A DNA stretch of 64,000 nucleotides from Omnitrophica WOR_2 bacterium GWF2_43_52. GTDB lineage: Bacteria > Omnitrophota > Gorgyraeia > Gygaellales > UBA12090. Under the pieces are notes generated by a model that was not told where the DNA came from, ran no database searches, and worked only from the letters and a program-made list of their open reading frames with translations. Location of the stretch: the NCBI GenBank assembly GCA_001805445.1, contig MHGF01000023.1:82859-146858 (forward strand), in the 5' to 3' direction. The position numbers were made by a program, and so were the translations under genes. This document shows positions 47,747 to 56,853 of this stretch, in pieces. Position 1 is the stretch's first letter. Every line of letters begins with the position of its first letter.

Positions 47747-48786
47747 AAAAGAAAGAGTATACTGTTGCAGTAGTTGGGGCTGGAGTAGTCGGTGAGGAAA
47801 TGTTGAGGGTTCTTCATCAACGCAATTTTCCAATGGGAGAATTACGCGTGTTTGCGCGTTCAGCGCGTAATATCCAGGTTGATGGGCAGGCGTATTCGGT
47901 ACAGCCGATTACTCCCGAAGGGTTTAAGGGGGTTGACATTGCCTTGTTTGCCGGAACTGAAGGTGAGAAGGGAGCAGCAGTAACGTATGCTCCTGAAGCA
48001 GTAAAAAGAGGGGTAATAGTTATTGATAACGGCGCAGACTTTCGTATGGATCCCCATGTTCCTTTGGTCGTGCCAGAAGTAAATGGTAAAGACGCAAGAA
48101 AAAATAAAGGTATTATTGCTAACCCTAATTGTTCAACTATTCAGATGGTAGTTGCTCTTTGGCCGATTTATAAGAAGGTGGGGATAAAGAGAATCATAGT
48201 AACCACTCTCCAGGCTTCATCTGGCGCCGGAAGAGGTGCGGTTGAGCAGCTCTTTAATGAAACAAAAGAAATTATGAACCAGCGAGATGCTGGATCCTTG
48301 ATTCTGGATTCTGGTAAAAATCCAGTATCCAGAGCCATGCCCCAACAACTGGCTTTTAATATCTTTCCTCATATTGGGAGTTTTACCGAAGGTGATTATA
48401 CTAATGAAGAGTGGAAGTTGGTGAAAGAAACCCATAAAATTATGCATGATGAGAAAATTAGGATTTCCGCGACTACGGTTAGGGTTCCGGTAAGGACTGG
48501 GCATTCGGAATCAGTTTATATTGAGACTAAAGAGCCGATTACACCGGATAAGGTGCGAGAGTTGCTTAAAAAGGCTCCGGGAGTGGTAGTTATTGATGAC
48601 CCTAAAAAGAACCTCTATCCTATGCCTAAAGATGTTGAAGGTAAAGATGAAACATTCGTCGGCAGGATCCGCCAGGACTGTTTTGTCAAAAACGGCTTAT
48701 GGCTGTGGGTAGTCGCGGATAACCTGCGTAAGGGCGCTGCTACCAATGCTGTGCAAATAGCGGAGGAATTAATAAAGCAGGGCTGA
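47743..48786 (+). CDS. asd: Aspartate-semialdehyde dehydrogenase
   Basis: FRMDPHVPLVVPEVN, IIANPNCST, VRVPV, GHSE, DNLRKGAATNAVQIAE. Confidence 0.96.
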   Translation: MKKKEYTVAVVGAGVVGEEMLRVLHQRNFPMGELRVFARSARNIQVDGQAYSVQPITPEGFKGVDIALFAGTEGEKGAAVTYAPEAVKRGVIVIDNGADFRMDPHVPLVVPEVNGKDARKNKGIIANPNCSTIQMVVALWPIYKKVGIKRIIVTTLQASSGAGRGAVEQLFNETKEIMNQRDAGSLILDSGKNPVSRAMPQQLAFNIFPHIGSFTEGDYTNEEWKLVKETHKIMHDEKIRISATTVRVPVRTGHSESVYIETKEPITPDKVRELLKKAPGVVVIDDPKKNLYPMPKDVEGKDETFVGRIRQDCFVKNGLWLWVVADNLRKGAATNAVQIAEELIKQG

Positions 48787-48837
48787 TACATCGTTAATCT
48801 ATAACAATTAATTTGACGGTGTAGTAAGGGATAGCCG

Positions 48838-49635
48838 ATGCGTAATATTAAGCTCATCATTGAATATGATGGGACTGCGTATGCCGGATGGCAGATACAA
48901 AATAGGGCTCACCACGGGCTCACCACTTCAGAGCCTCACCAGAAGAAGACAATTCAGGAAGTATTAGAAAAAACTCTTCAGCAAATCCTTCAGGAAAAGG
49001 TTAAGGTAATCGGCTCCGGAAGGACTGATGCCGGAGTCCATGCTCTTGCCCAGGCAGCTAATTTTCATACCCACACCAGATTCTCTTTACAAAAAATCAA
49101 AAAAGCCCTCAATAGCCTTTTACCGAAAGATATAGGTATAAGGAATATCTTTCAGGCAGATATTGGTTTTAATAGCTGTTCTTCGGCAAGGTCTAAAATG
49201 TACCGGTATTGTATACTTCATTGTTCATTTTCTTCTCCATTCTTAGAGCGTTATGCCTGGGGTATTCCTTATGAGTTAGATATCCCATTGATGAAAAAAG
49301 AAGCACGGGTACTGCTGGGAAAGCACGATTTCAGCTCTTTTTGTGCCAGCGCTACAGGCGTAAAAAGTAGAATACGCACTATTAAAAGAATATCGGTAAA
49401 AAAAACTATCAGCTGTCAGTTATTGGCTGTCAGGCGCCCTTTATTAATAATTGAAATCGAGGCAGATGGGTTTTTATATACTATGGTGCGCACTATCGTA
49501 GGAACCCTTGTAGAAGTTGGAAGGGGAAAATTGCCGCGAGGGAGTTTAAGGAAAATACTTTTAGCTAAAGATAGGCGCCTTGCCGGCCGCACTGCTCCTG
49601 CGCATGGGTTATTTTTAGTGAGAGTTAAATACTAA
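48838..49635 (+). CDS. truA: tRNA pseudouridine(38-40) synthase
   Basis: EYDGT, GWQ, SGRTDAGVHA, HDFSSF, MVR, TAPAHGL. Confidence 0.95.
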   Translation: MRNIKLIIEYDGTAYAGWQIQNRAHHGLTTSEPHQKKTIQEVLEKTLQQILQEKVKVIGSGRTDAGVHALAQAANFHTHTRFSLQKIKKALNSLLPKDIGIRNIFQADIGFNSCSSARSKMYRYCILHCSFSSPFLERYAWGIPYELDIPLMKKEARVLLGKHDFSSFCASATGVKSRIRTIKRISVKKTISCQLLAVRRPLLIIEIEADGFLYTMVRTIVGTLVEVGRGKLPRGSLRKILLAKDRRLAGRTAPAHGLFLVRVKY

Positions 49636-51200
49636 TGGAAGACAGAAACGGGCATTCCTGGGATTTTTATGGGGTACTTATCATAATCTCGTTTGCTGTG
49701 CTTCAGCTATTGCGGTCAAGTATTTTTCCACAGTTTATTGATGGGTATTATCATTTACAGACTGCTTGGGGATTTTGTAAGGCCGGCGGTTATAGCACCT
49801 GGGATTTCTGGCAATACGCCCCCGTGGGCAGGCCCCATATCTATCCGCCTGTATACCATCTGATTCTATCCATAGGGTTAAAATTGGGCGTTAATAAAAT
49901 CGTTTTAGCGAAGTTTATGGAATTCATGATTCCTATAGTTTTTCTTTGTACTCTATGGCAGTTTATCAGGAAACACTATACTTCGCGTCTGGCTTGTTTT
50001 GTGATGGTATCGGCGCTAACGTCGTTTTCTTTTTATCTTTCGCTCTGTAATAATATCCCCGCGACACTAGCCTGTATTGCGGGATTGTTCGCTTTCGGAC
50101 AGCTCTTTCAAGGCAGGCGCCTTAGGGCGGCCATCTTACTTGCCGTATGTTTTTATACCCACATAGGTGTCTCTTGGTTTTTTTTCGTAAGCACTGTGCT
50201 TTTAGGGCTGTTTACTCCGCGCTATAGGAGAATTGCTTTTACGGCTGCATTCGTTTCGTTCATCCTTGCTTTACCCCTGCTTGAAACACACCTGCGCATA
50301 GTGCATCAGGTGTCTTTGGAAGGAATAGGTGAGAAATATTTTTTGGAGTTTAAACTCGTAGAATACTTTTTGGCTTTTTTTGCTGTGGGTATTATGCTAA
50401 AACAGGCCTCTTACAGGCTCTTTCTTGTATTCTTTATCGCAAGTTTTGTTTTTTTGCCCTATCCTTATCGTTTCATCTCTGGCCAGGGGTATTTTGCTAT
50501 ACTTCTTTTGTCGGCGCTGGGATTAGACTTTTTGTATGAGAAAGCTAAAGCCAAAAGCCTTTTTTTTAGATGGGCGCATGCCGGTTTAGTAGCCTATTGC
50601 CTATTTTTTTCAGTAACGGTATTGATGGAGAAAAAACCTGATGGAGCCGGAAAGCTTAGCTATAAAGCTTATTGTGCTGATGCAACATTGCCTGACATGC
50701 TTTTCCCATCGCGAAATGAACGCATCACATCAGCTTCTGTATGGTTGCCTCGAGAGTATTTGCCCCTATCAAAACTAATTACCGAGCATTCTCAAGATAA
50801 TGAGATTATTTATTCAAGTCTTCCTGTTGCCGGAATAGTTTTAGCCAGTATATCAGACAGGGCGTCTGCCAATGGTTTGCTCCCGGAAATTTCACCTCAA
50901 GGCGTTTTTTATCCCTTTTTGGCATCAAAATTAGTTATATTTCCCAAAGATAGTACTTTGCAAGAGGCCATGCGTTTTATTCACGGCTATCAGTTGAAAA
51001 AGGTTGGAGAAACGGATATGTTTAAGGTGTATGTGAATCCCTTAGCCACGGCAACAATGAAAGTAAGGAAAGCCGACGTGCCTTTTGTATGGCTTTTTGT
51101 TATTTTTTTATCCGGCGCGCTCTGCTTTTGGCAAGATAAGAGGATGGAGGAAGGATTAACAAAATTTTCTAATTTTCTATTGACAAGGTATGCGAAATAA
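49635..51200 (+). CDS. Polytopic membrane protein, possibly a GT-C-fold glycosyltransferase
   Basis: About 12 TM segments; first loop DGYYH...GRPHIYPPVYH; periplasmic C-terminal domain. Confidence 0.6.
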   Translation: MEDRNGHSWDFYGVLIIISFAVLQLLRSSIFPQFIDGYYHLQTAWGFCKAGGYSTWDFWQYAPVGRPHIYPPVYHLILSIGLKLGVNKIVLAKFMEFMIPIVFLCTLWQFIRKHYTSRLACFVMVSALTSFSFYLSLCNNIPATLACIAGLFAFGQLFQGRRLRAAILLAVCFYTHIGVSWFFFVSTVLLGLFTPRYRRIAFTAAFVSFILALPLLETHLRIVHQVSLEGIGEKYFLEFKLVEYFLAFFAVGIMLKQASYRLFLVFFIASFVFLPYPYRFISGQGYFAILLLSALGLDFLYEKAKAKSLFFRWAHAGLVAYCLFFSVTVLMEKKPDGAGKLSYKAYCADATLPDMLFPSRNERITSASVWLPREYLPLSKLITEHSQDNEIIYSSLPVAGIVLASISDRASANGLLPEISPQGVFYPFLASKLVIFPKDSTLQEAMRFIHGYQLKKVGETDMFKVYVNPLATATMKVRKADVPFVWLFVIFLSGALCFWQDKRMEEGLTKFSNFLLTRYAK

Positions 51201-51208
51201 GGTATACT
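51180..51208 (+). promoter_or_regulatory. Sigma70 promoter of rplM-rpsI
   Basis: TTGACA, 17 nt, TATACT; ATG 9 nt downstream. Confidence 0.8.
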
Positions 51209-51217
51209 TTCGTTTCT

Positions 51218-51652
51218 ATGCAAAAGACATATTTAGCTAAAAAGGCAGATATAAAAAGAGCATGGTATGTGCTTGATGCCCAGGATAAGATCCTGGGGAG
51301 GCTCGCAGTGCATGCCGCCAGGATATTGCGCGGTAAGCATAAGCCTCAGTTTACTCCTCATGTTGACTGCGGAGACGGTGTTATTATTGTTAATGCCGCA
51401 AAAATAAGAGTTACCGGAAGGAAATTAAAGCAGAAGGTTTATCTTAGATATTCCGGCTATCCCGCAGGCTTAAGAAAAGTCATTCTTGAGGACATGTTAA
51501 AGAAAAGGCCTACCGAGGTAATGCGTTTAGCAGTTATGCGTATGTTGCCCCCAGGGCCTTTGGGCAGGGATATGTTAAAAAAGCTCAAAGTTTACGCCCA
51601 AGAGAAGCATCCCCATATTTCAACAAAACCAATCGTTTTTGAGGCTAAGTAA
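51218..51652 (+). CDS. rplM: 50S ribosomal protein L13
   Basis: WYVLDA, LGRLA, GKHKP, TPHVDCGD, KLKVY. Confidence 0.97.
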   Translation: MQKTYLAKKADIKRAWYVLDAQDKILGRLAVHAARILRGKHKPQFTPHVDCGDGVIIVNAAKIRVTGRKLKQKVYLRYSGYPAGLRKVILEDMLKKRPTEVMRLAVMRMLPPGPLGRDMLKKLKVYAQEKHPHISTKPIVFEAK

Positions 51653-51657
51653 AACCT

Positions 51658-52056
51658 ATGGAAAAAACACTTTCAGTATATAACGCGACAGGAAGAAGAA
51701 AAGAGGCCGTAGCCAGAGTGCGGCTTATCGCCGGTAAAGGGGACATTATCGTTAATAAGCGCCCTATCGAGAAATATTTTATCCGCGAAACAGACCGGCT
51801 TCTTATAAAACAGCCATTTCAGGCGACTAATACGGTAAATAAGTATGATTGTTTAGCTAATATTGGGGGGGGCGGGCTTTCCGGACAGGCCGGTGCGTTG
51901 CGTTTGGGGATTGCGCGGGCGTTATTAGTGGTGGATCCTGTGTATAGGCAGATTTTACGAAAAGGTAATTTCTTGACACGGGATTCCAGGATGAAAGAGC
52001 GTAAGAAATACGGACAAAAAGGCGCTCGTAAACGCTTCCAGTGGACAAAGAGGTAA
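51658..52056 (+). CDS. rpsI: 30S ribosomal protein S9
   Basis: TGRRKEAVARV, GGGLSGQAGA, ERKKYG, QWTKR. Confidence 0.97.
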   Translation: MEKTLSVYNATGRRKEAVARVRLIAGKGDIIVNKRPIEKYFIRETDRLLIKQPFQATNTVNKYDCLANIGGGGLSGQAGALRLGIARALLVVDPVYRQILRKGNFLTRDSRMKERKKYGQKGARKRFQWTKR

Positions 52057-52093
52057 AAGGCAGAACTAAGAGCAAAGAATTAAGAGTTAAGAG

Positions 52094-52133
52094 AATAAAA
52101 AATCCCGCTGAAGGTTAAGCGGGATTTTTTATT
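52094..52133 (+). terminator. Intrinsic (bidirectional-type) terminator after rpsI
   Basis: AAAAAATCCCGCT...AGCGGGATTTTTT. Confidence 0.85.
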
Positions 52134-52198
52134 TACCCCGCCATTTTGCGATAACAGATATCTTTTTCTGAAAGGGCGGTGTTTCCGACGCAAAAACG

Positions 52199-52226
52199 TT
52201 GACCCCGTGAATAATTGTGTTATAAT
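52199..52226 (+). promoter_or_regulatory. Putative promoter of the arg operon
   Basis: TTGACC, 16 nt, TATAAT with an extended -10 TGn. Confidence 0.65.
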
Positions 52227-52336
52227 GAAAAATTAGAAGAGGGCTTATCGCTAGATAATTATTCCGGATTTTTCTCAAGCGCATGAATTAAGCAAGCGTA
52301 AGTGGTGCGGATCTTGGATTACACACAAGAGAACAT

Positions 52337-53365
52337 ATGGTAAAAGTTGGTATTATTGGCGCAAGGGGCTATACTGGTGAAGAGCTCATTGCTCTTTTGC
52401 TTAAGCATCCTCAGGTAAAGATACACTATCTTACCGCGCGCGTTGATACTCCTACGCCGATTTCGGAGATGTTCCCTTTTTATAAAAACAGGCTTGATGT
52501 CGTGTGTGATAATTTTGAGCCTTCTGCCGCGATAAAAGCTTGTGATATGGCATTTTTGGCTTTGCCTCATACAACATCAATGGAGGTCGCGCCTTTGCTC
52601 CTTAAGGGAGGGAAAAAGGTGATTGATTTGAGCGCGGATTACCGCATAGAAGATTATAAAATTTATGAGGCATGGTATAAAGCTAAACATAGCGATAGAG
52701 CTAACATCAAAAAGGCAGTGTATGGTTTGCCTGAAATTAACAAAATAAAAATTAAGAAGGCGGATTTTGTCGCTAATCCCGGGTGTTATCCTACCGCGGC
52801 AATTTTGTCGATTGCCCCGTTGTTGCGCACCAAAGGGTACGCGTTTGATACTATTATTATTGATACGAAAAGCGGCTATAGCGGCGCGGGGAGAAAATCA
52901 ACTGATGACCCTTTTATGCGGGAAATAAAGGATAATTTTAAGGCCTATAAGGTTGACGCGCATCAGCATGCTCCGGAAATAACCCAGGAGCTATCCAAGA
53001 TAGCCAAGAAAGAAATAAACGTTACCTTTGTGCCGCATTTATTGCCCATAGAGAGGGGAATTCTGGAAACAATATATATAGCCACAAGCCACAAGCCACA
53101 AGCCACAAGCCGGGAGATTGTAGATTTATACAGAGAATTCTATAAAAATGAGCCTTTTGTAAGGATCCGAAAAGAGGGTGAATTCCCTCAGCTGCGGGAT
53201 GTGCAGTATACTAATTTTTGCGATATCGGCATAAAGGTAAGCGAAGACAAAAAGCTGTTGATTATTATTTCAGCCATTGATAACCTTGTAAAAGGCGCTT
53301 CAGGCCAGGCAGTGCAGAATATGAATCTGATGTGTGGTTTTAAGGAAACGGAAGGCTTGCTATGA
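52337..53365 (+). CDS. argC: N-acetyl-gamma-glutamyl-phosphate reductase
   Basis: GARGYTG, LALPH, DLSADYR, ANPGCYPT, DNLVKGASGQAVQN. Confidence 0.96.
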   Translation: MVKVGIIGARGYTGEELIALLLKHPQVKIHYLTARVDTPTPISEMFPFYKNRLDVVCDNFEPSAAIKACDMAFLALPHTTSMEVAPLLLKGGKKVIDLSADYRIEDYKIYEAWYKAKHSDRANIKKAVYGLPEINKIKIKKADFVANPGCYPTAAILSIAPLLRTKGYAFDTIIIDTKSGYSGAGRKSTDDPFMREIKDNFKAYKVDAHQHAPEITQELSKIAKKEINVTFVPHLLPIERGILETIYIATSHKPQATSREIVDLYREFYKNEPFVRIRKEGEFPQLRDVQYTNFCDIGIKVSEDKKLLIIISAIDNLVKGASGQAVQNMNLMCGFKETEGLL

Positions 53366-54498
53366 AGCGGAGCCTGAATGCTATCTGCCTGCCAAAAGGT
53401 TTTAAGGCCCAGGCCTGTGGCTGCGGTTTGAAGAAAAATAAGCGCTTAGATCTGGCACTTATTTTTTCAGAGGTTCCCGCGGTTTCTTGTGGCATGTTTA
53501 CCCGGAACACCTTTGCTGCTGCCCCGGTGATTGTCTCCAAAGGGCATTTGGGCACGGCTCAGGCGCAGGCAATTGTGGCCAATAGCGGTAATGCCAATTG
53601 TTATACCGGAAAACAAGGCTTGCAGGTCGCGCGAAAAACAGCGCGTCATTGTGCTAAACTCTTAGGTATTAAGGATACCTTAGTGCTTGTTGCCTCTACC
53701 GGTATTATTGGAAGACAGGTTGATTTTTCTAAGATACAAAGGGCGTTGCCTCTTTTGAGTAGTTCATTACAGAGAAAGGCAGGCCAGAAGGTGAGCCGTG
53801 CCATCATGACCACGGATACACAGCCTAAGGAGGCAGCAGCTTGTTTTAAGGTAGGGAAGGCTCTTGTGACCATTGGGGCGGTTGCTAAAGGCGCGGGAAT
53901 GATTGCTCCCGATATGGCTACCATGCTCTGTTTTATTACTACCGACGCGGCGATACAGCATGCCGCGCTCAAAACAGCCTTACGTGAAGCGGTAGAGAAT
54001 TCGTTTAACCTGATTACGGTTGACGGGTGCATGAGTACTAATGACAGCGTGCTGATTTTAGCCAATGGATTGGCAGAAAATAAAGTTATTACCAAACAAA
54101 ACAAAGGCTATAGACACTTTAAGTCCGCATTAAAGAAAGTATGTTTAGCGCTTGCCAAGATGATTGTAGAGGATGCCGAAGGAGCAACGAAATTTATTAC
54201 TATCGTAGTTTCCGGTGCCAAACATAACGCTGAGGCAAAAAAAGCAGCATTAGCAATAGCAAATTCCAATCTTTTTAAGACTGCGGTGTATGGAGGCGGC
54301 ACCAATTGGGGAAGGATAATCGCGGCAATCGGCGCCTCAGGAATTACCGTAAAGAGCAAGGTAACGTTGTCATGCAGTTCGTTTAAGAAAAGGCATGTCA
54401 TGGTGAAAGTAGATTTGGCCTGCGGGGCAGGGAAGGCTGTGGTATATACTTCGGATTTGACTCCGGAGTATGTTAAGATCAACGCAGAATACAATTAA
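53362..54498 (+). CDS. argJ: Ornithine acetyltransferase
   Basis: NSGNAN, STGIIG, IMTTDT, KGAGMIAPDMATML, STND, DAEGATK. Confidence 0.96.
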   Translation: MKRSLNAICLPKGFKAQACGCGLKKNKRLDLALIFSEVPAVSCGMFTRNTFAAAPVIVSKGHLGTAQAQAIVANSGNANCYTGKQGLQVARKTARHCAKLLGIKDTLVLVASTGIIGRQVDFSKIQRALPLLSSSLQRKAGQKVSRAIMTTDTQPKEAAACFKVGKALVTIGAVAKGAGMIAPDMATMLCFITTDAAIQHAALKTALREAVENSFNLITVDGCMSTNDSVLILANGLAENKVITKQNKGYRHFKSALKKVCLALAKMIVEDAEGATKFITIVVSGAKHNAEAKKAALAIANSNLFKTAVYGGGTNWGRIIAAIGASGITVKSKVTLSCSSFKKRHVMVKVDLACGAGKAVVYTSDLTPEYVKINAEYN

Positions 54499-54500
54499 AG

Positions 54501-54578
54501 CACGAATGACACGAATGAACTACCGAATTAACACGAATAATTCGTGGAATTCGATAATAATTCGTGAAAATTCGTGTT
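54501..54578. repeat. CACGAAT/ATTCGTG inverted-arm repeat
   Basis: CACGAAT x3-4 followed by ATTCGTG x3-4 at 9-11 nt spacing. Confidence 0.85.
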
Positions 54579-54598
54579 ATGAGGAGCGATAGCGACGA

Positions 54599-55456
54599 AT
54601 GGAAGAAGCGATAAGAAAAGCAGAGGTGTTAATTGAGGCATTACCGTATATCAAGGAATTTCACCGTAAAATTCTTGTCATAAAATACGGTGGAAGCATA
54701 TTGGGAGAAGAGAAGATACGCCGCGGGGTGTTAGAGGATATCGTTTTCTTAAGCTATATGGGGCTCTGTCCGGTATTGGTTCACGGAGGAGGGCCGAATA
54801 TCTCGGAGAGGATGAAATCCGCAGGGCTTAAGACCGAGTTTGTCAACGGTATGCGTGTTACTGATGAAAAAACATTGGCAATTGTTCAGGAAGAATTGGA
54901 TAAGTTAAATCAGATGATTGTTAATGAAATACAGGAATTAGGCGGTAAAGCAGCGGGGTTTTCGGGTAAAGATAAAAACATTATCTTTGCTCGTAAGAAG
55001 TTGGAGGGCGGTATTGATTTGGGGTTAGTAGGTGAAGTGGATGCTATTGAGGCTAAACCCATACTTACCCAGACACGAGAGTATACTATATGCGTTATTT
55101 GCCCCATGGGAATGGGAAGGGACGGCAAAATGTATAATATCAATGCCGATGATGCCGCAAGCGCGATTGCCTCAGGCCTTCATGCTGAGAAACTCGTGGT
55201 TTTGACCAATGTCAAAGGTATTATGCGTTCGGTTAATGACCCCGGCTCTTTTCTTTCTACGTTGACTATTGATGAAGCGCGAGGTTTGATCGAGGAAAAG
55301 GTTGTGCAAGAAGGAATGATCCCCAAGGTAAAAGCCTGCATTTCGGCCTTAGAAGGCGGAGTCAATAAAACTCATATGATTGATGCCCGTATTCCCCATG
55401 GGCTTCTCTTGGAGGTTTTCACTAATGAAGGCGTGGGAACGGAAATCGTGAAATAA
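54599..55456 (+). CDS. argB: Acetylglutamate kinase
   Basis: EALPYI, KYGG, VHGGGP, GMRVTD, NINAD, GMIPK. Confidence 0.96.
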   Translation: MEEAIRKAEVLIEALPYIKEFHRKILVIKYGGSILGEEKIRRGVLEDIVFLSYMGLCPVLVHGGGPNISERMKSAGLKTEFVNGMRVTDEKTLAIVQEELDKLNQMIVNEIQELGGKAAGFSGKDKNIIFARKKLEGGIDLGLVGEVDAIEAKPILTQTREYTICVICPMGMGRDGKMYNINADDAASAIASGLHAEKLVVLTNVKGIMRSVNDPGSFLSTLTIDEARGLIEEKVVQEGMIPKVKACISALEGGVNKTHMIDARIPHGLLLEVFTNEGVGTEIVK

Positions 55457-55458
55457 TG

Positions 55459-55594
55459 GTAAATAACCAAACTCCAAGATACAATCATCAAACAATTACC
55501 AATAACCACTTTTCCAGTAATCGGACTATATGCTTGTTCAAGTGTTGGGAATTGTGATTTTTTTGGTTATTGTCTCTTGGTTATTGGTGATTAT
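55459..55594. repeat. AACCAAT/ATTGGTT inverted-arm repeat
   Basis: AAATAACCAAACTCCAAGATACAATC ... TTGGTTATTGTCTCTTGGTTATTGGTGATT; sister of 21531. Confidence 0.78.
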
Positions 55595-55597
55595 TGT

Positions 55598-56851
55598 ATG
55601 AAGAAAACAGAGGTATTTCAAGCCTACCAAGATTTTATTATGCCGACGTATACCCGGCAGCCTTTGATTTTTGTTAAAGGCAAAGGAATGAAACTGGTAG
55701 ATATAGGCGGCCGGCAGTATTTGGATTTTTTCCCGGGATGGGGAGTGAGTTCTCTCGGCCATTGCCATCCTGATGTGGTAAGCGCGGTGCGGGATCAGAT
55801 TGATAAGTTAATTCATCTGCCGAATAATTATTTGTCAGTGCAGCAGGCAAAGTTAGCTAAGGAAATTATCTTTTGGTCTTTTGACGGAAAAGTCTTTTTC
55901 TCTAATTCCGGAGCTGAGGCAAATGAGGCAGCGGTGAAACTTGCCCGGGCATATGGCAGGGGCCGCTACGAAATCATTTCTTTCGCGAATTCTTTTCACG
56001 GCCGCACCCTGGCAGCGCTTACTATGACCGGGCAATCAAAATATCAAGAAGGGTTTCAACCGCTGCCCGAAGGATTTAAAACAGTTGCGTTTAATGATCT
56101 TAGTGCCGTAAGGAAAAGTATCTCAGAAAGGACTGTGGGAATAATTGTTGAGCTTATTCAGGGAGAGGGCGGAATTAATATCGCGGATAAAGATTTTGTT
56201 GTAGGCCTACGAGAACTATGCGATGAAAAAAAACTCCTCTTAATTATTGATGAGGTCCAAACAGGCATGGGCAGGACCGGTAAGATGTTTGCCTATGAAC
56301 ATTATGGCATTAGCCCTGATATACTTACTTTGGCAAAAGCATTAGGCGGTGGTTTACCGATTGGCGCGATGGTGGCAAAAAGGGAAATCGCGGATACGTT
56401 AACCGCGGGAAAGCATGCTACTACCTTTGGGGGAAGCCCTTTGGTGTGCAAAGCTGCATTAGCAGTATTTCGAGCAATTCAAAAAGAAAAACTTTTAGCC
56501 AACGCAGCAAACATGGGGAACTATCTAAAGGAGAAAGTATCGGCTTTAGCCAAAAAATATGATAGTATAGAGGAAGTACGAGGCATGGGTTTAATGATAG
56601 GCATTGCGTTAACGATTCCCGGGAAACCAATTGTTGAGGAGTGCGTAAAAGAAGGGTTACTTATTAATTGCACGCATGAGAAAGTGCTGCGTCTTATGCC
56701 GGCATTGCAGGTAACCCAGAAGCAGGTTGATAAGGCAGTGGGAATATTAGATAGGGCAATGCAAGAGGCCACCATGTCACAGGGGCATCCGCCACAAAGC
56801 ATTGGCGGATGCCCGCCAAAGCAGTGTGGCGGGCACCAGGTCACCAGTTAA
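55598..56851 (+). CDS. argD: Acetylornithine aminotransferase with a repeat-derived C-terminal tail
   Basis: NSGAEANE, SFHGRT, IQGEGG, DEVQTG, AKALGGG, HATTFGG. Confidence 0.95.
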   Translation: MKKTEVFQAYQDFIMPTYTRQPLIFVKGKGMKLVDIGGRQYLDFFPGWGVSSLGHCHPDVVSAVRDQIDKLIHLPNNYLSVQQAKLAKEIIFWSFDGKVFFSNSGAEANEAAVKLARAYGRGRYEIISFANSFHGRTLAALTMTGQSKYQEGFQPLPEGFKTVAFNDLSAVRKSISERTVGIIVELIQGEGGINIADKDFVVGLRELCDEKKLLLIIDEVQTGMGRTGKMFAYEHYGISPDILTLAKALGGGLPIGAMVAKREIADTLTAGKHATTFGGSPLVCKAALAVFRAIQKEKLLANAANMGNYLKEKVSALAKKYDSIEEVRGMGLMIGIALTIPGKPIVEECVKEGLLINCTHEKVLRLMPALQVTQKQVDKAVGILDRAMQEATMSQGHPPQSIGGCPPKQCGGHQVTS

Positions 56852-56853
56852 AA

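Noticed and set aside
52205-52336. ARG box, T-box or riboswitch upstream of argC
   Set aside because: Only a half-match (TGAATAATT) to the ArgR consensus; no T-box sequence or attenuator is visible.
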